This document shows positions 1 through 11,843 of a stretch of 64,000 nucleotides of DNA, piece after piece. This stretch comes from Pelagomonas calceolata. Lineage: Eukaryota. Numbering within the stretch: position 1 is the stretch's first letter; every line of letters begins with the position of its first letter. A program made the position numbers and the translations under genes. Below the pieces are notes generated by a model that saw only the letters and a list, made by a program, of their open reading frames with translations, had not been told where the DNA came from and searched no databases. Location: the NCBI GenBank assembly GCA_918797485.1, contig CAKKNE010000003.1:62001-126000 (forward strand), in the 5' to 3' direction.

Positions 1-281
1 CGAGCGCTCGCAGACACCTCGCGGAACGATCCGACGGCTGCTTGCCACGGTCGCGCCTCTGGGCCTGCGCGCGAAGGCTGGTGCTCTCTGTTAAGCCGCC
101 GCCGCTCTCGAAGCGCTGCGCATCGCTGCAAAGCATAGTTCACAGGAGCCACAGCATTCAAGGCGTACCAGCACAAGGGCCAAAGCCGTCCTCCGCAAAG
201 CACGCGTCGAGCTCCAGCACCCAAGCCAAAAAAGGCTGCATTGGCCTGTTGCTGGACACGCTACGCTCAGAAGCAATAACG

Positions 282-3200
282 ATGGCCCAGCCGCCCCTCG
301 AGCTCTTCCTCATCACCCTCGCCCAGTCCCAGGACGACGTCGTCCTCGAAGGCGTCGACGCCGACAGGCGCCCGGCGCGCCTCGTCGTCAGCGGCTTCCG
401 GCCGCACTTCTACGTGGGCCCCGTCGCGGATGATGTGGACGCGACAAATCGCCAGGCGGACCTGTGTCGCGCGGCGCCGGCGCACGCCGTGTCCGTGACA
501 AAAGTAACGCGCACGTTCCTCTGCGGCATCCACGAGCCCCGGACATATCTGCGGGTCGCGCACCGCTGCGGCGCGGCGCAGTCGACGCTCGTGCGCAAGT
601 GCGAGCAGCTCTGGGCCGAGCCGCCCTGCGAGGACGGCGTGCCCCTCCTGCGGCGGTTCCTCGTCGAGACGCACCTGTCGGGCGGCGCCTGGCTCGTGGC
701 CCGGAACGTCGCGGAGGCGGGCGACCGCCGTGACCGCCGGCGTGGAAATCAACACAGGGACAAACGTCGCGTCGATGGCGTGGGGGCTCACTCGGACTGC
801 GCAGGCTACCGCTGCGCCCACGCCCGGCGTCGCCCGCCGCGCGCCGGACCCGCCGCCAGACCTTCGCGGCGCCGCGCTTCGCGTCGATCCCGGACCTGAA
901 GGTCCTCGCGCTGCGCGTCGAGCCGGCGTCGGGCGCGACGACGCGGCGTCCGTGGTCCAGCGTCCTTTGAGGTGCGCCTTCAATTCAGCGGCGCGTCGAT
1001 GGCGTGAGTGGGATGGACAGTCTCCCCTTCCACGGCGTCGGGCCAAGGCAGGGGAGGCAGTGGATTTGTCGAAGAAAGGAAGGGCAACAACAAAGGGTCA
1101 ACAACGCGCGCAGGTGGAGCGACGCCGACAAATCAAGTAAGGACTCCATCGCCGCCGTCGCGCTCGCGACGAGCGACGGCGTCGACGTGCTCGCCGTCGG
1201 CGGCCGCGGCGAAGCTTTGCTCGCGTGCGGCGCGCGCGTGTCGCTCTTCCGCGACGAAAGCCGACTCCTGGCCGCCGTCGAGACGCACCTGCGGAACGCG
1301 GACCCGGACGTGCTTTTTACCTTTGATGATAGACGCCTGGGTTTGTTAGCCCAGCGCTTCCGCGCGCGCCACCGCCGCGCGCTGCAGCTCGGCCGCTTCG
1401 ACGCCACACCCCTCGCGTGCGCGAGCGTGACGACCTACTCGAAGGCCTGGATCAAGGATAGGTCCGAGAGGCGCATGGCCTCGGCGAACAACCTCGAGAC
1501 GCACCGCTGCTCGGGGCTGGGTGGGAGACTCGGCGTGGACTTACTGAGGTGTTTGGTGATGCGCCAGCAGCCCAAGCTCACGCGGTACGACCTGCCCGAG
1601 GCGTGCCGCGCGGTGCTCGACGCGGCGCCTCCCACAATAACGCCGGCGGCACGGCAACAATTGGACGCGTCGACGCGCGCGGCCGTCGCCGCCTGCGAGG
1701 CGCGGGCGATCCTGGCCCTAGGACGGCGCCTCAACGCCGTCGCCGAGACCGTAGAATACGCGCGCTGCACGGGTTTGGACCTGGAGACGATTTTGTGGCG
1801 GGCGACGGCGGTCCGCACAGAACAATTAGTACTGGGCGCCGCGAAGCGTCTGGACGTGGCGCTGCCCCTCAAAAGGTTCCCGGCAGAAAATGGCTGGGTG
1901 CAGGACACGACGCCGTTCCTCCACCACCCCGCGCCACGGAGTGAACTAAGGGACCACCAGGCGGCGTTGATTTCCAACGGTCTCATGGGCCACTCGCGCG
2001 CGGTGGGCTCGTGCGGCTTTTATGGAAAGGACCCGGTCGTGGTTTTGGACTTCGCGTCGCTCTATCCTTCGCTCTTCGTGGCGCACAACATCTGCTGGAC
2101 GACGTTGCGAGGCGCCGGCGCGGAGGCCGACGACGCCGTGTGCCCGGCGTCGGCGCAACTCAAACACCCGCACCGCTTCGCTTCGAAAACCAAGCGGCCC
2201 GGACTATTGCCGCGGTTACTAGAGGCCCTGATCACGACGCGGCGCCGCACGAAGGCTTTAGCTAAGGCGGCGGCGCAGCGCGGCGACACGAACGAGGCGG
2301 AGTGCCTGCATGTGCCTGTGTGGAAATCAACCAGTGAGTTAGGTTATACCTCCACGCCATCGAGCTGCCGCAGTTACGGGGACAACGTCGCGTCGATGGC
2401 GTGGGGCGCCCGAAATTTGAAAACACACACAGGCAAGCACGCCAGCTCTCGCTCAAGCTCTGCGCGAACGCGTCCTACGGCTTCACGGGCTCCGACGTCT
2501 CGCCGCTGGGGGGCAAGGCCCCGCCGAGCTGCGTGCGCTGGGGCAACTGGTACTGCCGCCGCGCGCGCGACGTCATCGAGGCGGAGGTCGAGGGCGCGGA
2601 AGTCCTCTACGCGCAGACGGACTCGCTCTTCACGCCGCGCCGGGCCGGAGCCACGCCGAGGTCGCGGCCGGGCGCAAGATCGCCGCGGCAGCGTCGGCGG
2701 CGCTGCCCGAGGGCCTGACGCTCGAGCACGAGCACACGCTCTGCCCGTTCCTGCTCCTCCACGTGAACCGCTACGCGGGCCGCGATTTTGGGGGAGAGGT
2801 CGTCATCAAGGGCATCGGCAGCGCGCGGGGCGACACGGATTTTGTAAGAGCCACGCTCCGGGACTCGACGACGGCGTTGCTCGAGCGCGGCGTCGAAGCG
2901 GCGTGCGCGCTCGCGGCCGCGCGCCAGGAGCAATTACTACGGGGCGACGTGGCCCTCGACGAGCTCGTGAGCGGCGCCTACCTGTGGCGCGTGGACCAGT
3001 CGGACCTGGAGCGGTTCGCGCGCGGCGAGGACGAGGACGATAGCACGCTAAGGACGCCGCACGTCGCGCTGGCGACGAAGCGCCTGAAGCAGGACCCGGG
3101 CCTCCGGTTTCGGTTGGGCGAGTTCGTGCCCATGGTCCACGGTAAATCTTTGAGGGGGGACGCCCAGAAGGACGGCGTCATGGACCCTCCCTCCGTGCTG

Positions 3201-4325
3201 AAGACGAACGCGGCCGTGGACCTGAAGTTATATAGAGATAAGAAGCTGCTGCCCGACTTGAGACGCTTGTTCGCGCCCTTTGCGCAGCGGGCCGACGTGA
3301 AGAAACTGCTCGACGAGCCGCCGTCGATCGTGCGCAGCGGCAAGCTCTCGTGCGACGGCGCCTCCGTTTTGCTGGATGGGTCCGCGGCGCCGCCGTCGCC
3401 GACACGGCAGCGGCCGGACCGCTTCTTCCTGGCGCAGCCCCGCGCCGAAGCGCTGTGCGTGAACTGCTCGTCCCGAACGGAAGACGCCGACCGGAAAGCC
3501 GCCTTCTGCCGATCATGCTTGCGCCTGCCGCTCGCGGACCGCCAGGCGGCTTTTTTGAAGGCGCTGGCCGAACAGCGCGAGGCGCACGCGTCCGTCGCGG
3601 TGGTCGCCGCGGAACGAGTGGAGGCGGCGCGGCGCTGCGCGGGCGCCGCGCCGGGGTCGTTCCCCGTCGCTGACGGCGCGTACGCCCTGGCGCGGGCCAT
3701 CCAGCGCCTCGAGAAGGCCGACGCCGCGTGCGAGCGCGACTTCTGCCGCGCGCCCGCGAGCCTGCGGCCGCCGCCCGCGCCGCGCAAGAAGAAGCGCACG
3801 CGCGCGCCCGCGCGGGACCTGGCCGGCGCGCGGCGCACGCTCGGCTTCGGCGATTCGGACGAGGAGGTCGATTCCTGGACCTGTCGCGAGTGCGCCTACC
3901 CGCACACGTCTCCGGCAGAAGCGGCCATGGTCGCGTGCGCCGCCTGCGGCGAGCGCCGGCCGTCGCGCGCAAAGAAGCAGGCACCGCCGGCGACGCCATC
4001 GGCCGTGCTCATGCGCGGCGGCCGGAGCCCGCCGCCGCGGACGCCGGGCCGGGTCGCCCGGTCGCCGGCGCCGCGGACGCCGGCCCTCGCGTCGCCGGCG
4101 CCACCGCAGACGCCGGCCGTGACCTACGGCGGCCGGCCGGCCCGGCGGCGGCGACGGGCGGGGGCGCCGCCGACGCCGGGCGGGCCGCCTCCTCCGGAGA
4201 CGCCAGAGACGAAGCAGCCGCCGAGTGTTGTCCCAGTCCCGGTCCTTTGGTTTGTTGTTGACGCCGTCGCCGCGAACAGTGCAAGAAAAAGAGGGGCGGG
4301 ACTTGGTTTTAGCCCTTTGCGCTAG
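282..4325 (+). CDS. Divergent B-family DNA polymerase (Pol delta/zeta-like catalytic subunit) with C-terminal CysA and RanBP2-type zinc fingers; 3 introns, several frameshifts
   Basis: Motifs VVLDFASLYPS..AHNIC (~2040-2095), RQLSLKLCANASYGFTG (~2440-2490), VLYAQTDSLF (~2602-2631), CVNC..CRSC (~3456-3520), WTCREC..CAACG (~3876-3950); pieces in ORFs 42..899, 730..1140, 1004..3043, 2401..2718, 2763..4325. Confidence 0.85.
730..804 (+). mobile_element. Introner-type intron (75 nt, GT-AG)
   Basis: GT at 730, degenerate TIR CGGCGTGGAAATCAAC starting 8 nt later (738), core CGCGTCGATGGCGTGG, ends GCGCAG; flanks GTGACCGC/GCTACCGC (6/8 TSD). Confidence 0.75.
972..1113 (+). mobile_element. Degenerate introner-family intron (142 nt, GT-AG)
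   Basis: Contains CGCGTCGATGGCGTG at ~992-1006; removal joins frame ...QRPL-R to WSDADKSS of ORF 1004..3043. Confidence 0.55.
2308..2432 (+). mobile_element. Introner-type intron (125 nt, GC-AG)
   Basis: TIR CTGTGTGGAAATCAA at 2316, right end TTTGAAAACACACACAG, internal 12-bp inverted repeat CCACGCCATCGA/TCGATGGCGTGG; removal restores ECL-QARQLSLKLCANASYG; flanks GCATGTGC/GCAAGCAC. Confidence 0.85.
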
Positions 4326-4392
4326 ACTTTGGGAGGACCATGATGCGCAACGAACACAGCGAAACGCGCCACTCAAAAGAAGAGCGGCGCGC

Positions 4393-5160
4393 TTAAGCCA
4401 TGAACGTGAGGACGTGGTCGAAGCAGACGTGGCCGCCGTGCGCGCCGAGGATGAAGGCCTCCGCCGACACGCCCGACTCCTTGATGCGGTCGTAATGGGT
4501 GTTGGCCTGGGCGTGCAGGACGCCGAACGCGAGGCGCACTTCCGCCTCGACGTACTTGGGGCGCTCGGCCTTGACGAGCTCGCCGTACAAACCGGGCGCG
4601 CGCGCGTGCGCGCGGGCCCAGTGCTCGTAGCCGTCGTGCTCCTCGACCTTCTTGAGGAGGTCGGCGACGACCGTGTCCGCGTCGGACTCGTCCAAATGAG
4701 CGTCCAAGGCCGTGTCGCCGTCTTCGTCTTCGTGGGCCGCGTCGGCGCCCTTCGACAGGAGGTAGTGAACTAATTCAGGCTTGTCGCCCTGGAACGCCGC
4801 CGCGTAGTGGAGCGGCGTCCACTGCTGGGCGTCGCGAATATCAATATCGTGCTCGGCCTCCTCGAGGAGGAATCTTACCACGTCCATAGAACCGGCCTCG
4901 CAGGCCTCGTGGAGCGCGTAGGTCTTCGCGGTCGTCGCCAACGCGAGGGCGTCGGCGTCGACCTTTCTTAGCTCCTCGACGTTGTTCGTCTGCAACATCT
5001 CGAGGACGGCCTCTTCCATCACCGCTTCTCCATTGAGACCAAGCTGGAGCGCGGGTTCATCGATGCTGACAACGGAGTCGGAACGATATCTCATCGTCTC
5101 CGACATCCTGGCCTTGAGCTCTTCCGCTTTTCGGATGAGCTGATTTGCTTTTTCTAGCAC
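4393..5160 (-). CDS. Ankyrin-repeat protein (start uncertain)
   Basis: ALHEACEAGSMDVVRFLL, WTPLHYAAA, GDTALD ankyrin signatures. Confidence 0.75.
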   Translation of the reverse strand: MLEKANQLIRKAEELKARMSETMRYRSDSVVSIDEPALQLGLNGEAVMEEAVLEMLQTNNVEELRKVDADALALATTAKTYALHEACEAGSMDVVRFLLEEAEHDIDIRDAQQWTPLHYAAAFQGDKPELVHYLLSKGADAAHEDEDGDTALDAHLDESDADTVVADLLKKVEEHDGYEHWARAHARAPGLYGELVKAERPKYVEAEVRLAFGVLHAQANTHYDRIKESGVSAEAFILGAHGGHVCFDHVLTFMA

Positions 5161-5841
5161 GGACGTCGTGGTGGACGTTTACCGGCTAAGATGCGAGATG
5201 GCGCCTTTTGACGTCCTTTGTCGCGTGTACCGTGTCGTTTGACGCGCTGACGCTTTCTATGGCACACTGAAGGTGCTGAGAGGTTGCGCGCTGCTTGGTA
5301 CGTGCAGCAGTGCAGCTTGCGGTCCGTATAAAATTATCGCGGTCGGCGCTGGTTCGATTCCAATGTCGACGCAGACGTCCGTTGGAGTACGTACACGGGG
5401 GAATGAGCTGGGCGCATTCCTCCATGAAAGAGTCCCGGAGGGCCGTCCGTGCGCCCGTCCTGGGTTGCCCTGGACCCCGGCAGTCATCTGTGGCGATCTG
5501 TGGCGGATTTATGGACTGGGCAGCCAAACGCAGCCAAAACCAGCAACGGAACGCTCCACCCCTCCCGGAGACGCATGTGACCCTCCTGGACCGCTCCTGA
5601 TGGGCGGCGGCGGCCTCTCGACTCGACTCACGATGGACTGCTTGTGAGACGGCCGTCGTGCCGCGCCAAGCGCTCCAAACTAACAGCTGGAACAGGACGC
5701 AGCTCTACTATAGCCACATAGATCTTGTGTGAAAATTTTGTGAGCGTTGGAAGAGCAGTCACGGAGATAAAGAGCAGCTCTGCCAGGTGAGGTCAAATTT
5801 GAGCCGCGCGAGCACACGAAGGACGAGCCAGCGCAGCATCC

Positions 5842-6915
5842 ATGGACGAACCACTGGCAAACAACACAGAGGAACCAAATATAACTGAGACGAAAGGACG
5901 ACTCCGTCGACGCCTCATCACCCTCGCCTGCATGCTGATCGCTGCGGGACTAGTAGCCGCAGTCACGCCCGACGACAGCGCGCTCACGAAACCCTACGCC
6001 TACATCTCCGCAGCGTTGGGCGGCCTGTACTTCGTAGCCTGGAGCGTCTCCTTCTGGCCCCAAGTGCTGCTCAACAAACAGAGAAAAACAACAGTCGGCC
6101 TGTCGCCCGATTTCGCGGTGCTCAACGCGTTTGCGTTTGCCGCTTATTCAGCGTACACCCTCGCCCTGTACGCGTCGCCGCGCATCCGCCACCAGTACAA
6201 GCGACACCACGACCATGCACCAGAAGTACGCCGCCGGCGTCCTCTTCTGCCTCCACGCCCTGCTGCTCTCGTCGGTCACGGTGGGCCAGATCGCCTACTA
6301 CGACGGCTTCGCGAAGCAAAAGCCGAGTCGACCGGCGCGCTACGGCCTGGGCGCTCGCGCTTTATGTAGCAGGCACCGCTATCGTGGGCCACGAAGCACT
6401 ACAAATCTCTACGCGCGCTCGTACTGTAGGAACCAGCGTCGCGTCGATGGCGTGATTCTTCGCGAAGTCATTTCTCGGCGACGACGCGGCCGTGCTAAGA
6501 CCCACACCACCGCCGCGCCGTCGAGCAGGTGTCGCGTCGATGGCGTGCAGGGGAGAAGGTGGAGGGTGCAACGTATCAACACGCAGGCAAGATGGCCGTC
6601 ACGTTCTGCAAATACCTCCCGCAACTCCTCTTGAACTATAGGCGGCGATCGACGGTCGGCTGGCCGATCGACAACATCCTGCTCGACTTCACGGGCGGCG
6701 CCCTCTCGACGCTCCAGCTCATCCTCGACTGCGCAAATCAAAACGACTGGAGCGGCATCTCCGGCGACGTCGTCAAGTTCGGCCTGGGCGTCACGTCGAT
6801 GGTCTTCGATGTGCTCTTCCTCGTGCAGCACTACGTGCTCTACCGACCCGTTCCCGCGGGGACGTCGGAGGCGCTCCTCGACGGCGTCGACGGTGGCGAG
6901 GACCTTGTTGTGTAA
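5842..6915 (+). CDS. CTNS: Cystinosin-like PQ-loop lysosomal transporter; one intron, frameshifts
   Basis: YFVAWSVSFWPQVLLN..GLSPDF and KYLPQLLLNYRRRSTVGWPIDNILLDFTGG..Q..KFGLG..FDVLFLVQHYVLY; C-terminal EALL dileucine-like signal. Confidence 0.88.
6426..6586 (+). mobile_element. Introner-family intron (161 nt, GT-AG)
   Basis: Two direct copies of GTCGCGTCGATGGCGTG; ends ATCAACACGCAG; removal gives SY-CKMAVTFCKY matching cystinosin. Confidence 0.75.
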
Positions 6916-6952
6916 GGTGATTTTTGTGAAGAATCGAATATGAACAGAACTT

Positions 6953-8574
6953 TTATCCAACAACAGACTTGGGCGAGGAGAGGAAGCTCTCCATGGTCCG
7001 CTGGCGCTTCTTGGCCGGCTCGGAGCCGTCGACGCGGACGCGGGCGAGGCGCTCGAGGTCGCCAGGTTTCACGCCGCGCCGGCCGATAACGCTAGTCGGT
7101 CGCAGCTTGGGGCAGCCGCCGGCGCCGGGCCGGTCGCGCCAACCCAAACACCACAGAAGTCCACCGTACGAGGGCGGCGCACCACCGTCGAGCGCGTACG
7201 TGTCGTTCAATCGCACGAGTAGATCGAGCGCGGCCTGGAGGCGCGTCGCCGGCGTCGCTTCTTGGCCGTTCAAGACGGCTCCGTGCCACGCGGGGATGGC
7301 CTTGCCCCAGGCCATGCGCACGTTGTTGTGCAACTCGCCCGAGAGCACGAGGCACTTCTGGCAGTCGTCCCAGTAGGCGTCGCCCGACGCGCCCCGAGCT
7401 AAAGCCTCCACATCTGGGGCCGGGTCGGTCGCCCGCAGCTGGTTCCGGGCCCACGCCGGCACGGCCCGCGACGCGTCCAAGTACGCGCCGGGGTTCCGCA
7501 GGCACCACAAATGCGCGCTCTCGCGGAAACCGCAAAACTCGCTCACGAACTTCTCCGAGACGCGCGCGCCATCGCGCGCCATGCGGAGCGGGTCGATCAT
7601 GCCGCAGTTGACGTACGCGCTCATGCCTGCGTCGAGCAGACATCACGTCGATGGCGTGCAGTGGACACGTGTATCAAATCGCGTCGATGGCGTGGAGGCG
7701 AATGGTCAGACTCCGGAACCGCACGACTGGAGCCACAGACGTCCAAAGGATCATTCCTCCTCTTCGCGTAGCCCGCGAGGCCGTCGTTTGCGACCCAGGC
7801 CTCCCAGCGCGCGACCGCGGCCCGCGGCCCGCCGCGCGTCCGCGCCACTCGTCCCACAGAGGTGTCCCGCCGGCTCGGCGCCGCCAGCACCTCGTCGACC
7901 GCGGCCTCGCCGGAGAGGTCGAGGTGCCACGTCGGCGGCGGGGGCGGCGCTGCCGAGGCACGCGCCGGCGCGAGCGGCGTCGCGGCGAGCCGCGCGCGGC
8001 GCGCGTCGCGCGTCGCGCGCAGAAACCCCGCGTTGCCGCCCACGAGCGCCTGCGCCGGCAGCGTCCTAGACGGCACGGTGCAGGCGCAGTCGCACAACCA
8101 GGTCGGCGCGCCCGTTCGCCGCACCTTGTCCGCGAACGACATGTGCGGCTCGACGCCGAAGTGCTCGTCGACGATGACCAGTCGAGCCCGCGCGGCGAGG
8201 GACTGGGCGGCCGCCTGGCGGGAGCCGTCGCGCTCCACATGCACCAGCAGGACCGACCCGCGCGCCGCGATCTCCGGCTGCAGCTCGCGCAGCGCTTCGA
8301 GCCGGAAGGCTGTGGCGCGATCTGTGGGCCGCATGCCTATGCGACTTAGCCCAGCCGGAAACGAGTCCTCGAGCACGGCGAGGCAGAGCAACGGCACGCG
8401 CAGCTCGTTGGCGGCGCGCAGTGCCGTTTCCAACGACGGGTTCGCGGCGCTACGGTACGCCGTCCGCATGCAGTACAGCACGTGCGCGCCGGCGTCGCGC
8501 GGCGCCGGCAGCGTCGCGCCGTGCTGCGGGCGCAGGCGCTCTTGCAGCGACGCGGGGAGGAACTGAGCTGCCAT
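6953..8574 (-). CDS. Class II CPD photolyase-like protein; one intron
   Basis: HVLYCMRTAYRSAANPSL, SSRMSAYVNCG, GELHNNVRMAWGK, LNDTYALDG..SYGGLLWC resemble class II photolyase motifs. Confidence 0.8.
7627..7724 (-). mobile_element. Introner-family intron (98 nt, GT-AG)
   Basis: Two CGTCGATGGCGTG copies on the + strand; removal joins ORFs 7621..8574 and 6953..7624 as GSS-RMSAY. Confidence 0.75.
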
Positions 8575-8888
8575 GACCGCGCACCGCTTGGAGCGATGCG
8601 CCCGCGAACGTCAAATGCCAGCGCACTGCTTACACCAGCTCAGAGTGATCTCAGTGATAGGAGGCTAAGCGATGCTGGCGCCGCACGCACGAGCGCACAG
8701 ATACGAGAGACCAGCGATGCGACGGTCGTTTGGCCGCCGCTTGTCACGAATGTGGCCGTGCTGGTGCGTTTGCCAAGCCAGACCAGGCTGCCCGCTTCGA
8801 AAGCGACATCATGGGGGAACTCGTCCGATGCGACGCATACGATCGCTTTAAGAGGCAGTTGGCGCCTTTATGGAGTTTTCCTTTTTTT

Positions 8889-8913
8889 GCTAGTGTCTTT
8901 ACGTACCGCTAGC
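8889..8913 (-). promoter_or_regulatory. Intergenic CTAG-N14-CTAG element (variant)
   Basis: + strand GCTAGTGTCTTTACGTACCGCTAGC in a divergent intergenic region. Confidence 0.65.
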
Positions 8914-9208
8914 GCGACTGCCTTGCCTTGCCCTTGCCGTCGGAGCCTTGCAGGACTACCGACGCATCGCTGCACCAAGACAACGACGCGGATTTGCAAA
9001 AATTTCAGCGCTAGCCGAAATTTTAGCTGCTGCACATAACAACGCGGACGCACCGCGCCCACCACCCATCAATACGACGGAGAGCAACCGCGCGTCCCCG
9101 CGGCGCGACGCCACCGCCACCGCCAGCAACAACTCGAAGGCGACGTATCAGTCGCAGGACTCGCAGGACAGCGAGCCGGACACGCCTCTGCTCCCCGGCT
9201 GCAGTGTC

Positions 9209-10204
9209 ATGGCGCCGCCCCCGAAGCCGGACGGCGCGGCGAGCCCCGCGAAGCTCGCCATCGGCGTCGTGGGGATCTTCGGCGCGTTCCTCTACTACGG
9301 CCAGCTCATGGGCGACATTGTGAAATATCAAGCCGAGGACGGCTCGAAGTTGGAGCGCGAGTGGTTCCTGCAGGTGCTCGAGGCCGCCGCCAACGTTTTA
9401 GTAGGTCTGGCGGGACTCATCCTCACGCAGGGCGGGCCCTCGCCGGCAATCCCCTACAAGTCGTTTTTGTTGACCGGCAGCACGCAAGTCCTGGCCAAGG
9501 CCATGACGCAGAAGGCCCAGATCTATGGGGTGCCCTTCTTTTTAGCAACATTAGTGAAAAACGCAAAGATGGTCCCCGTCATGGTCGGCGCCATCGTCCT
9601 GAGCGGCACGCGGTACCCCGCGCGCAAGTGGGCCCAGGTCGCGCTGATTATCGGAGGCGTCGTCCTCGTGACCGTCGGCAAAGCTAGGAAGCCGGGTTCG
9701 GACGGAGGCCACGCCGATGTTATTGGAATGGCCTGCCTCGGGTTATCGTTAGTGTGTGACGGCATCACGGGCGGCCAGCAGACGGCCTTCAAGAAGGAGT
9801 ACAAGAAGACGCAGGGCCAGGGCCTCGCGCCGTACGACCTCATGCTCTTCACGAACGCAGCCATGTTGGGTGTGGCCCTGGTCATGGCGTTAGCGTTGGA
9901 CCAGTTCTTCGGGGGCGTCGCCTTCCTCTTAGATCATCCGGACCTATTAACGGCCGTGGCCAAGTTCTCGTTCTGCTCGGCGATCGGCCAGTCGGCCATC
10001 TTCTTCACGATGGCGAACTTCGACCCGCTCCTCGTGACGACGGTGACGACGACGCGCAAGATCTTCTCCGTGCTTTTAGATATTGTGTCGCGGGGCTACG
10101 TGCTGAACGGGACGCAGTGGTCGGGCGTCGCGGCGGCGTCGCTCGGCGTGCTCGGCGAGCTGCAGGAGAAGTTCGGCAAGAAGCAGCATGCCCACTCGAA
10201 GTAG
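9209..10204 (+). CDS. SLC35B1/UAA-family nucleotide-sugar transporter
   Basis: Multi-TM; LVKNAKMVPVMVG, SLVCDGITGGQQ, CSAIGQSAIF, TVTTTRKIFSVL; Lys-rich C-terminus. Confidence 0.88.
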   Translation: MAPPPKPDGAASPAKLAIGVVGIFGAFLYYGQLMGDIVKYQAEDGSKLEREWFLQVLEAAANVLVGLAGLILTQGGPSPAIPYKSFLLTGSTQVLAKAMTQKAQIYGVPFFLATLVKNAKMVPVMVGAIVLSGTRYPARKWAQVALIIGGVVLVTVGKARKPGSDGGHADVIGMACLGLSLVCDGITGGQQTAFKKEYKKTQGQGLAPYDLMLFTNAAMLGVALVMALALDQFFGGVAFLLDHPDLLTAVAKFSFCSAIGQSAIFFTMANFDPLLVTTVTTTRKIFSVLLDIVSRGYVLNGTQWSGVAAASLGVLGELQEKFGKKQHAHSK

Positions 10205-10428
10205 ATTTGGCCTAAGTATTCTATGGGAGCCGCCGCGTCGACGGCGTCGGGGGCGCCGCAGGAGTGCGCTCGGCAGTGGAACTAGAGGCTGGAGCCTAGA
10301 AGAGCGTGGACAGACCAGAGGGCACCACTGGCACCGGCTACTAGTGCGAGTAGCACCCGGGCCGGGACCGCCGGGCGCCCAGCGAGGGCGAACACCCAGA
10401 CCGCGCCGGGAAAAAAGAAAACAGACTA

Positions 10429-11425
10429 CTAGCTTACGCAGCAGTTCGCCGCGGACGCGTCGGGCGTCGGCAAACCAGGCATCCCCGGCGCGGCGCCCGG
10501 CTTCGGGAAGATGTTGTCCCCCAAATTCATGACCGGCATGCCGTCGGGCCCGAATTCGAGGGCCGGCGCGAGCTCCTTGATGATCTCCGAGGGCACCTGC
10601 CCGTACTTCTGTAAATCTTGAAGCAATTCCACGAGTCGAGGAAAATTGTCCGGCTCGTATTTATAGACGGCCACGATGCGCTGGAAGTACTGGTACTGCG
10701 TGCCATATCTTTGATACTCGTCCTGGCTTAAAGTTTCGTACTTCTCCGCGAGCCATTCCGGGTACTTGTCGCAGACCTTCGACATCGGCTCGTACATGAG
10801 ATCTTTCGCTAACAGTTGGCGCAGCATGTTCTCGACGATCTGGTCGAAGTCCTCCTTCTGGCCCAATTTCTCGAACTCCGCGATCATGTTCGTCATCATC
10901 TCGTCGCCGCTCTGCTCGATCTGCGCCGGTTCCAGCCCCTCCATATTCGATGAAGATGTCGCTAATAACTCCATGGTCCGACTTAACCCGCGATCCAATT
11001 CCACATCGGGCGCCTCGTCCGAGATTAACCGCTCCGCCCGATCTCGCTGGTCCCGGACGAACTGTTCTATCGTTCTCGCACCTTCTTCATTGCCCGACAA
11101 CGCTCGCAGGGTCATCTCCAGAGTGTCTTTAAACGCAGGATTCCTTAAATTATCCACGAGCGAGTCCAAGCGATTGTACGCGTCGTCCTTCATCTCCTCT
11201 TCCATCGCCAAATCGATGCGCTCGCGCGCGCTTCGCCGCCAGCAGCGTCTCCATGCGCTCGCCCTCGTCGTCTTCCGGTTTCTCGGTCAGATCTTCTTCT
11301 GCCTCGAACTCGGCAATCGCCTCATCCAAAATCTCGTCGAGGTCCGCTTCCGCTTTCCTTCGCATCTCCTCCATCTCGCGCTTCGCTTTCGCGGATTCGC
11401 GCATCATGGCCTTCATGTCGGCCAT
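10429..11425 (-). CDS. PEX19: Peroxin 19 (frameshift near 11215)
   Basis: N-terminal DLDEILDEAIAEF; LLAKDLMYEPM..KYPEWL; LQKYGQVPSEII; C-terminal CaaX (CCVS). Confidence 0.9.
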
Positions 11426-11843
11426 GGTCGTCGATCACCGCGCCGCTGCTGGCGCGGCGCCGCGGCGGCGTCGAGGGACGGCGTGGGCGTGCCGCGCGGA
11501 CGATTAGCAGGCCGTGCGGCGGGTGAGCGGGCAGCCCCCAAGATCAGGCCACACGCAGCGGTTCGTGCGCGGATTTTTTGCGCCCTGTCTGACGGAGGGG
11601 GATCCGTGCGACCGCCAAGCGTGCCAGGAGCGCCGAGTGACCGCCTGGAACCGCGCAGGGGCAGCTTTTGCTTGCAGCGCCAGTTTGGGTTCGGGGTTTT
11701 GCAGCGGCCGGTGCGGTGTTGGGCGTGCTAAACGCAGCCAAAACAGTCGCGTAGGCCCGAACACGCTTACACACGACCGCCCGCGACCCGGCCGGTGCGC
11801 GCGGGCAGCTCCGCGACGCGCACGTTTCACAAGAATCACAAAA

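Noticed and set aside
3402..3430. PIP box in the polymerase (RQRPDRFF)
   Set aside because: One residue short and lacks the hydrophobic position 4; cannot be supported without corrected reads
10281..10300. CTAG-N10-CTAG in a convergent gap
   Set aside because: Wrong spacing and no internal similarity to the consensus
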